DNA of 64,000 nt from the NCBI RefSeq assembly GCF_009914755.1, contig NC_060931.1; one strand, 5' to 3'. Made by a program: the position numbers and the translations under genes. Positions 52,457-64,000 of the stretch are shown piece after piece. The DNA is from the human T2T-CHM13v2.0 reference genome, Homo sapiens. Below the pieces are notes generated by a model. The model did not search any database. It had not been told where the DNA came from and saw nothing but the letters and a program-made list of their open reading frames with translations. Every line of letters begins with the position of its first letter. Position 1 is the stretch's first letter.

Positions 52457-55400
52457 TCAGAGAATGAGACTATAGAATTTCTACCCTTGAATTTGTTTAT
52501 GTCTTTTTAGTCAATTTTGACAAAGTTTTGTAAATATCTCGGGGAAATTTTTAAAAATGTATTTTTTGTGGGGTAAACAGCTGTATATCTATTTGTTAAA
52601 ACAAACATATGTTTCAGAGCCTCTAAATCTTTCTGTATTTTTGTTTCAATTCCTGGTTCATAAGAAAACTGCATAAGACCTTCCATCAGGTTTTAAACAT
52701 TGCCAAAAGTAGAGATGATTATTTCTCTGAGCTAGACTTTGAATCTTCTAAAAGCCATGAGATGGAGGCTTGATGGCTTGAAAGACATAGCCCAACCAAC
52801 ACAAAACAAGGATAAACAACCTTTAGATGTTACCCAGATTGGTTTTGTTCCTCTGCTAAAGAAGAACAATAACATTTTTGTTTCTGTTCCTCCAATCTCA
52901 AACTCCCATGTCAGTCTAATTTCCTCCAATAAAAAGGGAAGCACAAGAAGTTTGCCTTGTCACAAAGGGTCAAGGTTGATGGGTTTTACTAGGTGGCTGG
53001 TCCCCAGTGGGTGGTGGTACCTCCTCTCTTATTACTTCTGCTGGAGTGTAATTAGGGTGCCCAAGGATTACATCAAGTCACAATGCTATTAGATTTGAAA
53101 TGCTAAGGGACCATCTTTATTTGTTTGTTTTTCTTTTTCCCTAATAGAAACATTAAACAGCAAGCAAGCATCATTTCCAGACAGAGAGAGTGCTCAGAGA
53201 AATCTTGCAAACATTACATGGTCTCCCTGGGAAGGAATATGGAGCTTGGGAAAACTGCCAGTTTATTATATTAATTCCATTTGTTTCCAATAAGAATGAT
53301 GGTGTTTCACATGGCAATACTAAAGAGCCCCAGCCCATTAAAAGAGGTTTTCCAGGGGTTTTTCTACCGCATATCACAGCTGTGGTCTTTGCTTTTCTTG
53401 TCTTTCTGTTTTTGTTTATTTCTGGGCTAAGGCTGGAAGATCACTTGAGCCCAGGGCTATGTTATTTGACATGTAAAGGTGTATGACTGCTATATTTTCA
53501 CTGTGAATTATATTCCTATCCACTAAAAATAAGCCTCTTTGTTCTTTTTAATGCTCTTGCCTTAAATTCTACCTTGTCAGACAATTTTGCCACCCTAAAC
53601 TTTTTGTGTATTTATGTTCACTTGGTAGACTTCTCCCTTCCTTTTTCTCTTAAAACTTTCTGATTGTTTGCTATTAGATGCATCTCTTGTTTAAAAAAAT
53701 CTTCTTTTATTTGAGGATCTTTTACTTACAAGAATGTAGCTACTTATATTCATTTTTATCTCATTCATGTCCTCCCTAATAATGTAATATTTTTCTTTTT
53801 CTGCAGTAATATATGCTTTTCTACTCTTAACGTTGTATATTTGTGTTCTATCTCCTTTGTTTTATTAGTTAGCTTTGTCAAAATTGAATCTCCTTATTTT
53901 GGTTATTAACTGTTCTGTTTCTAATTTATGAATTTTAGTTTACTGTATACACATTCATTTTCTTGGGTCCATCAATATTGGTAAAATCATGGGTCATGTG
54001 TTTTTATTCTTTTTGAAATGTCTTTGATACAGTTTTGGGCATAGCCCATTAAAATGTGGATTCATTCTAGTCTTTATAATCACTTTCTGAATCATCCTTA
54101 ATTGCAGTTTTAATTTCTTCTTTGATTTCAGTGTTACTTAGCTGCGTGTTTTTCAGTTTCTAAGTAGATTTAAAAAAAAAAAAAAGAATTGGCAATTAGT
54201 TTGCAGTTTTATTGCATTTTGGTGAAAAATCTGGTTAATATAATGTCTCTTTTGGAATTATTGAGATACGCTTTTTAGTTTAAGATATTGATTTTTTGTC
54301 AATATACAGTGGATGGTTGTAATAAATGTAATCAACAATAGCTAGCTACCTAGCTAGAGATACAATTATACCTAGCTAGAGATACAAATTAATTATGCTA
54401 ATTTTTACATTCTTAGTGAATTTCTCTGCTACTCTTTTGGGACAAGTATACTAAAGTTGACTATTGGATACTTTTTTTTGTCAATGTCTCCTCCTATTTT
54501 GAATATATTTTTCAATATTTTGATGCTATGTGATTAGGTGAATAGACTCAATCATCATTCACGGCTGTTGTATCTTTACTGTAGATATTGTTCAAAATTT
54601 AAAGCAGCCCTCTGTCCCATTTAGTGACTCTCTTTATTTCAACTTTATTTGATATTACTATTGCCATCCCTACATTCTTTTTTTACCCAGTGTGCCTGTA
54701 TTCACCTCATTATTTTAAACCTTCTTACTTAATTTTAGTCAAGTCTCTGGAAAACCACATTTAATTAATTTTTTTATTCAACTAAAGCTGAATGTTTCTT
54801 GTTTCTAATTCTTCTACTTAATACATTCATATCCACTTTAATAACTTTTTTCACCCTGTTTTTATCATCTTATTTTGTACTTTTAAACTTTTTTCACCTT
54901 TTTCTTACATTTTATTACATTGACCAGATTTTCCTATTTTTTTCTATTTCTTTAGAAATTAAATTTTTGTCTACCAATGATAATCTTCAGCTGACAATAT
55001 ATTTCTTTTGAATACCTCCATAAACTATGGGAGAGTCAGCAGACTCATGCTTTCTCCTTTCTTCTTCTCTTCCTGCCTACCATCTCCCCTTGGGTTTTAC
55101 CAATAGACACTGGACTTTCCATCCAGATTAATAATAGTAATGGCTATTTGGTTAATTTAATGTCATGAACATTAAAGGACTATTTTTGACATTCGCATTG
55201 TTTCACTCAATTATTTAGAGTAATCCAAACCTTTGAATTTTTGTTTTATTGTTCATCACCATCAATTTCCTATCCAATCTCCGGACTCAACTTCTTGGTT
55301 TGGAGCAACTGTCCATCAATACTTCCACAAGTAATTTCTACTAAGGATAAGTGTCCCAACACGCTGCTTTTTGTCCTAGCATGTACAAGACACCCTTCTG

Positions 55401-55804
55401 ATGTTCTTGTGCATGTTAAATATGACTTTATTGGATACGGAAGCCCCAGGCCATGCTATTTCCCCATCAAGTGCCATGGTTCTTCTCTGTTGACTTTTCA
55501 TATTTGGTATTTTTCAAGAAGTCTGGTGCCTACTAAATTGTTTCTATATTTGGAAGACTTGTTTTTAATCCCTGAATGCCTGTAAAATTTTTCTCCATGT
55601 CTCTTGAGTTTATTCCATCCACCACATAGGTTTGCATTTCTTTCTGGATATTTTGCCTGGTTCTGAAGATTGCTTGAAACAAAGCAATTTTTCATCTCTG
55701 ATTTGTTTAATCATTGCTGCTTCTCCTTTGCTCTCTCCTGCTTCTGAAACTTCTCTTTCATGTGAAACACACACATATATAATTCTCTGGATCTACTTTT
55801 CATC

Positions 55805-56211
<407 letters not shown>

Positions 56212-56531
56212 TGAATGTTGCTTTCATTGCATGTCTAAAAAGAAAAAAATTGACTTACTTTGAAAAATATAAATAACAGATTAATTCATGTTTTTGGTAA
56301 AAGTTGAAGCAATTAAAATACAACGAAAACTGCCCTTAACATCTTCCCAACTCATTTCCCTTTCTCAAAGTAAAAAGATGTATATCTCCATCTTTTTTCC
56401 TCCATCATTTTATACCCATATAGAAATGTATGCTTTTTTTTTCCATTATTTATGTGGAAACGTTCTATTCATACTGTTTTGCAACCTGCTTTTTTCATTC
56501 AACATTAGGTAGTGGAGGCCTTTCCACACTA

Positions 56532-56944
56532 GCTTAGGTTAGGGTTTCCTGGGAAACAGAAGCTGAGATAGAGATTTGTGTGTAGGATGTTTATTGGTCA
56601 CTGCTGTAAAGAGTAACGCCCCTGGGGGAGTAATGGGAGCAGGCTTGATCAGAAAGACAAGTTCAATGGCAAAGCAACGACAACAAAGACCTCAGCCATC
56701 TTATGGGAGGATTTGGAGCCCTTCAGGGCTGTTCCATATTGAGGCAAGGGGGCCTTTATTCCTATACAGCTTTGAAAATGGATGTGAACTGCCCCTGGGG
56801 AGGGGCAGCTCCCCTTGGCCAAGGACGGTTCCTGGGAAGGGATTCAGCTTTGAGACATCAGTAGGCAACCCTCTGGGATGCTGGGGAAATAGTTTCTCCA
56901 TCCTGAAGAGGGGATATAGACAGGGCATCCCGGCACCCACCACA
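56532..56944 (-). mobile_element. LTR16-family ERVL solo LTR
   Basis: CTTAGGTTAGGGTTTCCTGGGAAACAGAAGCTGAGATAGAGATTTGTGTGTAGGATGTTTATTGG. Confidence 0.7.
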
Positions 56945-57160
56945 TGCTCCAATGCCTGTAGATCTGAAGGTGCAAAGTCCATGTGTGATGATTTTTAGAC
57001 TGAGTGGAAGATTCCAAAAAAGAAAATTCTGTTCCAATAGCTGCCTGTTGTGAGCAATGAATCAGATAAACATGATGTCCATTTGACTGTAAGTTATGTA
57101 ATTTTAAAAAATGAACATTTTAACAAAACATCAAAAGATAGAAGAGCACAATAAACCCCC

Positions 57161-57460
57161 TGAAGTGAATTCCCATAATTTTATGTTGCCTTAGCATCCA
57201 TGTTTGAAAATAAGTTGGACTTTATCATACCAGAAGCAGGGCTTAGTCACCCTCAACACACTGTCCAGTTCTGCACCTCTTCCCAGTTTTTCAATCTGGT
57301 TGATCTAGATATCTGCCTTATACAACTGCCTCCTGGTGACCACTTCCCCGTGGGACATATAGATGCCTGCTTGACTCACCCAACTGACTCCCACACCCCA
57401 CAGGGACTGCACAGATGTGCCACAGTGACACCTCTGTTACAGTGTGCCTCCACAGAGCTG
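57161..57460 (+). mobile_element. MER74/MER73-like ERVL LTR, 5' half
   Basis: CATAATTTTATGTTGCCTTAGCATCCATGTTTGAAAATAAG...CATACCAGAAGCAGGGCTTAGTCACCCT. Confidence 0.65.
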
Positions 57461-57916
57461 GGGCCAGCTAGTTATAACCCCATCACCACTAACAATAGTA
57501 ATCACTTCAATCTGAGCTCTGCCTTTACAAAGCACTGGGGTGCCTTTGACCATCGTCTGAATCAGCTCATGCATTTAATAATCCACAAACCACGTTTTTC
57601 ATATTCAAGTCATCTTTTCTCTCATCATTTTGATTGCCTTTCAAAGGTATAATGTTCTCTCAAATTCTGTTATGTAGAAAACATATTTTTCAGAAATGTT
57701 GTTTGCATTTGGCTGTTGATGGTCTGTTGTGTAGGGAGATGTTTTCTTTGATTCCTTGTGTAAAGTTCTGTCTTTTGAAGTACTGAATCTTGTCAAATGT
57801 CTAGTGATTTTCCTTCATTTGCTTCCTCTTAGAGAGAGAAGCCTTTCTTTCTCAAGTATGAGTAGCAATGGTGATTTCAGTCCAACATAGGGGACATACA
57901 TTCCAAAGACAGCAGG

Positions 57917-58948
57917 TGTTACCGAACTGAACTGGGGTCTGCTTGCCTGGCGCAGCAAAGCCAAATACTGACATCAGGATTGCAGCTTGAGAAAGTGAGG
58001 CGTTAATTGCAGGGCAGCTCATGCTTAAGACCCAACCTCTTCAATGGCTGACAAGGAAGGGTTTTTGAAGGTAGGGAGACAGAGGTTACAGGCAAAGCCA
58101 TAAATCAATACACAAAGGCTATGTGTTGGTTTGAACTGAAAAAGCAGGACATCTTGAGGTGGGTAGGGGTACAGGTCACAGGTGGATTCAAAGAGTTTCT
58201 GATTTGGTTTAGGAGGTGAAGCTTTGTCTGAAAATTTGGGATCAGCAGAAAAGAATATTAGCTTTGGCTCGTGGGCTTGACCTCCTGCAGGCCCCTCAGG
58301 AAGAAATTTTGAAGGGCGAACAGCAGTCAGAGTTCAGTCCCAGTTCCCCCTTATCGGAGGTCTGTGTGCCAGCAGATTCATTTGGTGGGGGTCTGGGTTT
58401 CTGAAAAACAACCCAGGGACGTATGTTAAGATCCTATTCTTAGTTTTTATAGGGAGCAAAACATCTCCTGACTCTAACTTCCTTGGCTATTTTTGTTTGC
58501 TTTTTTGTTTGAGACAGAGTCCCACCCTGTCACCCAGGCTGGTGTGCAGTGGTGCAATCTCGGCTCACTGGAACACTGAACCAAGGTTCAGGTGATTCTC
58601 CTGCCTCAGCCTCCCAAGTAGCTGGGATTACAGGTGTGAGCCACATGCCTGGCTAATTTTTTATATTTTTAGTAGAGGCGGGGTTTCACCATGTTAGCCA
58701 GGCTACTCTCGAACTCCTGACCTCAAGATATCCACCCACCTCGGTCTCCCAAAATGCTGGGATTACAGGTGTGAGGCACTGTGCTATTGTTTAAAACTAT
58801 TGTTACCTTCTTGCTTATCAAGTTGCTCATTTACATCTCAGGGTTAGGTAGGTGCCTAGAATTTCCCCTGAAGGAACTCAAGATTTTCCTTTATTTCCAT
58901 ACTTGGCAGTGCCCACAGGCCCCTAAGAAGGGTTCCTGCTCCAACTCA
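57917..58948 (-). mobile_element. ERV1 MER4-group solo LTR (LTR39/MER49-like), interrupted by an Alu
   Basis: Minus-strand start TGAGTTGGAGCAGGAACCCTTCTTAGGGGCCTG, end CGGTAACA; 4 bp TSD CAGG/CGGG. Confidence 0.75.
58490..58784 (-). mobile_element. AluS inside the LTR
   Basis: Reverse Alu dimer; GCTATT on both flanks. Confidence 0.93.
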
Positions 58949-59364
58949 CGGGGATGAGAGCTATAGTCAGGAGGTGAACAAACTGCAATCTTTATACTTC
59001 CAAGTGTTCATAGGCTGAGAGTTGCCTCTTTCTCTGTGCCCCCATGACTGCTCTCACTTTTGGCTCCTCTCGGCTAAGATAATGGGTGCAGGGAGCTAGG
59101 GAATGGGGCATAGATGGGCTTGTCCTGTCCACCTTCTGGACTGTTTCTTAATTGTTTTATATCTTTGTCTTGGAAATTAGAGAGGGAAAGGAGTTAAATA
59201 CTGAACAATATTGCCTAGGATAGGCCATAGGAGGTCTCAACTATATATCCGCCCCAATTCCCACACCACAGTAGTTCTTAAACTTTCTCATATGCAAATC
59301 ATGTGTTGGAGCCTGCCTTTCTACTGTGAAACTGATTTTTAAATATTATAACTGTGTTTGTGAG

Positions 59365-59970
59365 CATTTAATGTGTCAAATTCTGTTTTAAGCACTTCAC
59401 CTGCTTCACTAACTACATCGTGACAACCCTGCGAGGTTGGTACTGTTATTATCCCTGTGGAAATAAACTAAGACAGTTCAAAGGAGAACAAACAGAGGCT
59501 TTTTGGGGCTTACTTACAGGAGGGAGTCAGCCCCCACCTCTTGTGTTTGGCAGTGACTCAAAGGCAGGCAAGGAAGTGGGAAAGCTTTAGAAAGGGAGGC
59601 TTCAGATATGCTCTGTTGGCATGGCAAAGCAGAGGTTGCTAACTAGAAGTGGGGCATCTTATGGGATTTGTTAAGGGAGCATATGTGGCTTTGGCTTTTT
59701 CTGGTTGGTTCTGGGTTGGAAGGAAGGGCAAAAAAGTAGGGAAGCTGGCAGTCATTGCCCACGTCCTGACTGTTCTGGGACTACTGCTGTAGAGATTGAG
59801 GATAGGAGCTCCACTGTCATATATGGTCTGGCCACTGTCCGTTTGTATAACATCCCTAAATTATAGCTAGGAAACTGAGGCACAAAGAGTTTAAGTAACT
59901 CGCCCAAGGTATTGTAGCCAGTAAGGGCGGAGCTGGCATTTAGACCCAGGCAAGTCATGCTCCAAACCAC
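59365..59970 (-). mobile_element. MIR split by a solo LTR
   Basis: ACAACCCTGCGAGGTTGGTACTGTTATTATCCC...resumes GGAAACTGAGGCACAAAGAGTTTAAGTAACTCGCCCAAGG. Confidence 0.8.
59456..59852 (-). mobile_element. ERV1-class solo LTR, 397 bp, subfamily uncertain
   Basis: TG...CA termini with an exact TCCC TSD at 59452-59455 and 59853-59856. Confidence 0.7.
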
Positions 59971-62769
59971 CAGGCAAAACACCATAGCTTCTCCTGTTTG
60001 ATCTGGTCCACACCAAGTGACACCCTGGCCAGGTGTGGGACCTAGAGCAACTGGCTTCACTCTCTGTGTCTCTGTTTCTTCATCAAGAAGAATGTAATTA
60101 GAAAAAAAAAAAAACCCAATTCCCTCACTGGGTTTTTATAAGAATTCAATGAGATTACAGTTGTAAAGTGTCTGGCATAGGCTAGACCTGCTGAATATGT
60201 GATCTTGCTTTTGAGAGAACAGGATTGCACTTTGTAAATATAGGTTGCTTTTGAAAGTCCAGTTGATAATGGTTTACATCCCTAAATCTTTTTTTTGTTT
60301 GATTGCTTTTGATAAGGAGACTGGGAAATTTTATTGGAAACATATTTTAGGCAGCTTTTCTCTGAAAAGAATAAGGTGTTTTGGCTATACACGCCTCCTA
60401 CTAATTATAATAAGATGTTTAAAAACTTGCACATCATTTCTTCAAATCTTTTTCATTAAACTTGTTACAGATTGAAGCCATTTCTGCTATTTTTCTTATT
60501 TGGGCAGCCTCCATGGTGGCATCTGCTTTCTATTTACAGAGCCAAACCCACAGACTCTGCTCTGGTCTGATTAATTAGAAATCACCATAGCAGGATGGAC
60601 TCTCTTCCTACCCTCCCCAAACAGTGAATCTTTTTTTTATTTAGCTCATCTTCCAAAATTAAAGCATTTGGCCCTTACAGTCAGCTTATTTCAGGCCCAA
60701 TCAGAGGCTGATATTTCCCTGACATATTCCTGGTTACTAAAGGGGCTGCCTGAGCTACTTTGGGGAGTGAGGGACCCAAACAAAATATAGCAGAACCATG
60801 TGCCAGTGGGAGAGTTGAAGTGCAGGCAACCTTGATTGACATTTACAAGGGACTAGCATTGAGCTCATAGAGATAGAAAGCATAGGAGAATGAAGGTTGG
60901 ATGTTTGCACTTAATTGTTGCTCTCCTAGGGAGTTATTTGAGCAGAGACCTAGTTCTGGCTCTGCACACACCTGCTGTGTAACCTATGGGTGGGTCACAC
61001 CTCATAGAAACCAGTACACACCTTCCAGGTTGCTATGAGGTTTAAATGGAATATGAAGCACCTTGATAAGCTCCACCCATCCCAAGAATGGCATGCTATT
61101 TTCCCAACAAGCATCTTAGCAAATGGTACAAAGATTCTACAATTGTAATTCACCAGTATAGAACACAGGCGAAGGCATAGATTTAGCTAAAGTTATTATC
61201 AAATGACTGATTTTATAAGAAAAAAAAGAAAAATGATATCAGGGTTGATGTTCAGCTGCTTTCCACCAAGCCTCATCATCTCCATCAGTGAGCTGGACAG
61301 ACCAGATCCCAGCGGAGACAGGGAGTAGGATAAGATGAAGGGATCTTGAATTTGTGCCTGACTATATTCCTGACTTTAGACCACTTTCTGACACTGTCTC
61401 AGTGTCTCAGTTTTAAGTGAGCCCAATGAGTTTTAAAACCTTTACATTACAGAAGAACAAACAGAGGTTTGTAAGTGAATTGCATTAAGTTTCAACTTCA
61501 ACTCACAGCTAATTCCTCAAGCCCATGGGCTGTGACACACTGGCTTAGAGGGAAATGATCTGACAGACTAGCCCAAGCATCAGGATTGATAAAAGCAATC
61601 TTTTTATGTTTTATCATCTGAGGTCCCAGGCTCTTCTATACCTTTTCTCTAATCCTCACCAAACCCTACAAGAAAAGTGGTTTTCATTCTGGTTTTACAG
61701 GAGCAAGAACTGCAGCCAAGAGGGGTTAATTGACTTTCCAAATGTCACGCAACAATTAAATGCAAGAAGCAGAATTAGGAGACAAGTCTTGCTTCCAAAG
61801 TAACTGCATCTTCTTTCTACATCACATGAAACAGGAATGTCTGGAAAGTGATATTCACTCTGTTCGAAGCCAAAGGAATTGAACTATTGGCTATAGCAGC
61901 TCTTTGTCCCAAGGAGAGGTGTGGGCAAAGGAGAGGGGCTGGCAGAAAGTTTTGTCTATATACCTTCATTTGGCCCTTGGATATATTACCATGTGCTATT
62001 TCTGCTTTGTCATTCTCTCTTGTTACTAACTTTTCATGTATTATTGCCCCTGGTGAACCTGTGAACACTTGAGCCCAGGAATGTTCTTTTACTTCCCTAT
62101 AAACCCTAAATTCATGACAAAGTGTCTGCACATAAAAAGTTCTTGGGATAGCAATTCAGACGGCGATGAAGAGGGCTACTCCTGGGGGCAGTCCAGAAGG
62201 CTGTCTCCCCACAGGGGGAATATCAGGGAGTAGGGGCTTTTTTCCAGCTCTCAGCATTAAGGACCCAGAAACTTGATCTAATCAACACAGACAGTGAGTG
62301 TGGCTTCATTTCTCAGAAGCTGAGTCACATTAACCATATTCATAAGGCTAAGGCATTGATCCAAAAACATCAATTTATGGACTTAAATGAGAACTCATTG
62401 TTAATGATATAAGAATACTTGATGCTTACTAAGACTTCTGTTCCCCACATAGAACTGACATTAACTGGAGAAGTCCTTTCTATACTTCCTTGTCAACTCA
62501 TTCTCATCCTAGTAGACTCAGTCTTACCTTGGATCTCTTGATACTTTGTGACAAGTTATTTTCAAGCCTTGTTGACCAGGGAGTCATCTTTTTTTTTCTC
62601 ACCTTAGCTCTGTATATCTCCCATGGATCAATTAGGTGTTGATTTTATAGCTTAAATCTAAGTGACATCTTTTTCATTTACAAGTCATAGAAAGGAAGGG
62701 CATCAAACTGTAGGTTTTAGGTACTTGTAACACTAAGTACTTGTCATGTGAATAAATGAATCGAGTTCT

Positions 62770-64000
62770 GCATAGGTGTTCACACCACCATTCCAATGCA
62801 ACCCTTCTTGTCAAGACAGCCAGTGGCCACCATACTGCTAAAACTATTGATTAGCTATGAGTCATAATCTTACTTAACAGCATTTGACAGGTGATTTCTC
62901 TTTCTTGTCCTTAACATGGTTTCTTTATTTGGTTTCTGTTTCCATTGTTAAGCCTCTTTGGCCTTTCTGCTGGTTCCTCCTCTTCTTTCCAACAACTTAA
63001 CACTGATTACCCCATAGCTAAGTCTTTGGTTGTGTTCTCTTCTCCATCTAGTAGGATCTCATAGTCTCATGGCTTTAAATCTATATGCTGATGCTTCCAC
63101 ATTTGTATCTCCAACCTCAGCCTTTCTCTATACAATAGGTGTATATTTCCGTCTAATTATTTGTTATTTCTACTTGGATGTCTGATGGACTGCTCAAACC
63201 TAGCATATTCACAACTAAACTCATTATCTTGCCTTGCTCCAACCTATTCCTTTCACATTTTTAATAATCTCAATTGATGACAACTCTCTTCTGCTTGTGT
63301 TGCCCACAAATTTTGGAGCCATCTTTGACTACTGTCTTCTCTCATACTTCTCATTCAGTGTATCAGAAATTTTCTTGACTATACCTGCAAAATATATCCA
63401 GATTCTACTGGTACCACTTTGATCTAAGCCATTATCATCTCTCACCTAGATTATTCCCAAAGCCTCCTAACTCTTCTCTTACTTCTGATCTTGCCATCTT
63501 CTCTTATTATTCTGTTTGTAACATTGCACAAATATCACTTAAAAGCAATAGCCAAATGGTGTCATCCCTCTGGTCAAGACCCCAATATATCTCCATCCCA
63601 CTCAGAGTAAAAGCGAAAGTTGTAACAATGGTCCTGTATAACCTGCCCACAACCCCTATTCCCATTACCTTTTTGGAGTCATTTCCTACTACCCTCCTCT
63701 CACCCTGCTCCAAACACATTGATTTCCTTGCTTGACCCTGAACATGCCAGGGAATACTATCAAAGGGATTTTGCTGGCTCATTTCCTCAACCTGGAATAC
63801 TCTTCCTCCACAGATCTGCATGGCTGTTTTACCTCCTTCAAGTTTTTGCTTAAAGGTCACCTTCTCAAAGAGGTCTCCCATGACCCCATTATTCTAAATT
63901 GCACCTCTTCTACTCTACACTCTTGATTGCTCATAGGTTGCTCTATTGTTTTCTACAGCTCATATCACCTTGTAATGTACAGAATAAGTACTTATTTATT
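62770..64000 (+). mobile_element. L2a LINE, ~1.2 kb 3' portion running off the window
   Basis: CAGCATTTGACA...CATGGCTTTAAATCTATATGCTGATG...CCATTATCATCTCTCACCTAGATTATT...CACTCAGAGTAAAAGCGAAAG. Confidence 0.85.

Overview
Primate, most likely human or hominoid, non-coding genomic DNA (AluY-like elements and an ERV9 LTR12 are present). It reads as intergenic or deep intronic sequence. I find no credible protein-coding gene, RNA gene or CRISPR array: the ORFs are short, and those I can place derive from Alu, L1, LTR or DNA-transposon remnants. The window is a dense mosaic of about 14 Alus plus one Alu monomer, many solo LTRs (LTR12, MST, MLT1, MLT2, MER34-like, LTR33 and others), a heavily deleted ERVL provirus with RT and integrase remnants, DNA transposon fossils (MER45 x2, MER58B, MER3, MER20, MER53, MER6A, a Tigger with transposase HTH remnants), and old L1, L2 and MIR fragments. 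Many insertions are nested and keep readable target-site duplications (TSDs). The best leads are regulatory: a solo LTR12 promoter cluster with an ARE motif upstream (13.5-15.5 kb), a well-formed non-coding candidate exon (6098-6229), a strong CTCF motif (~45160), two repeat-free CpG-retaining enhancer-like islands (~36.1-36.4 kb and ~40.6-41.1 kb), and an unexplained ~0.8 kb unique insert inside an old L1 (~52.6-53.5 kb). I cannot support a genuinely new biological system from this sequence alone. Repeat subfamily names are from recalled consensus sequences and need RepeatMasker/Dfam confirmation.
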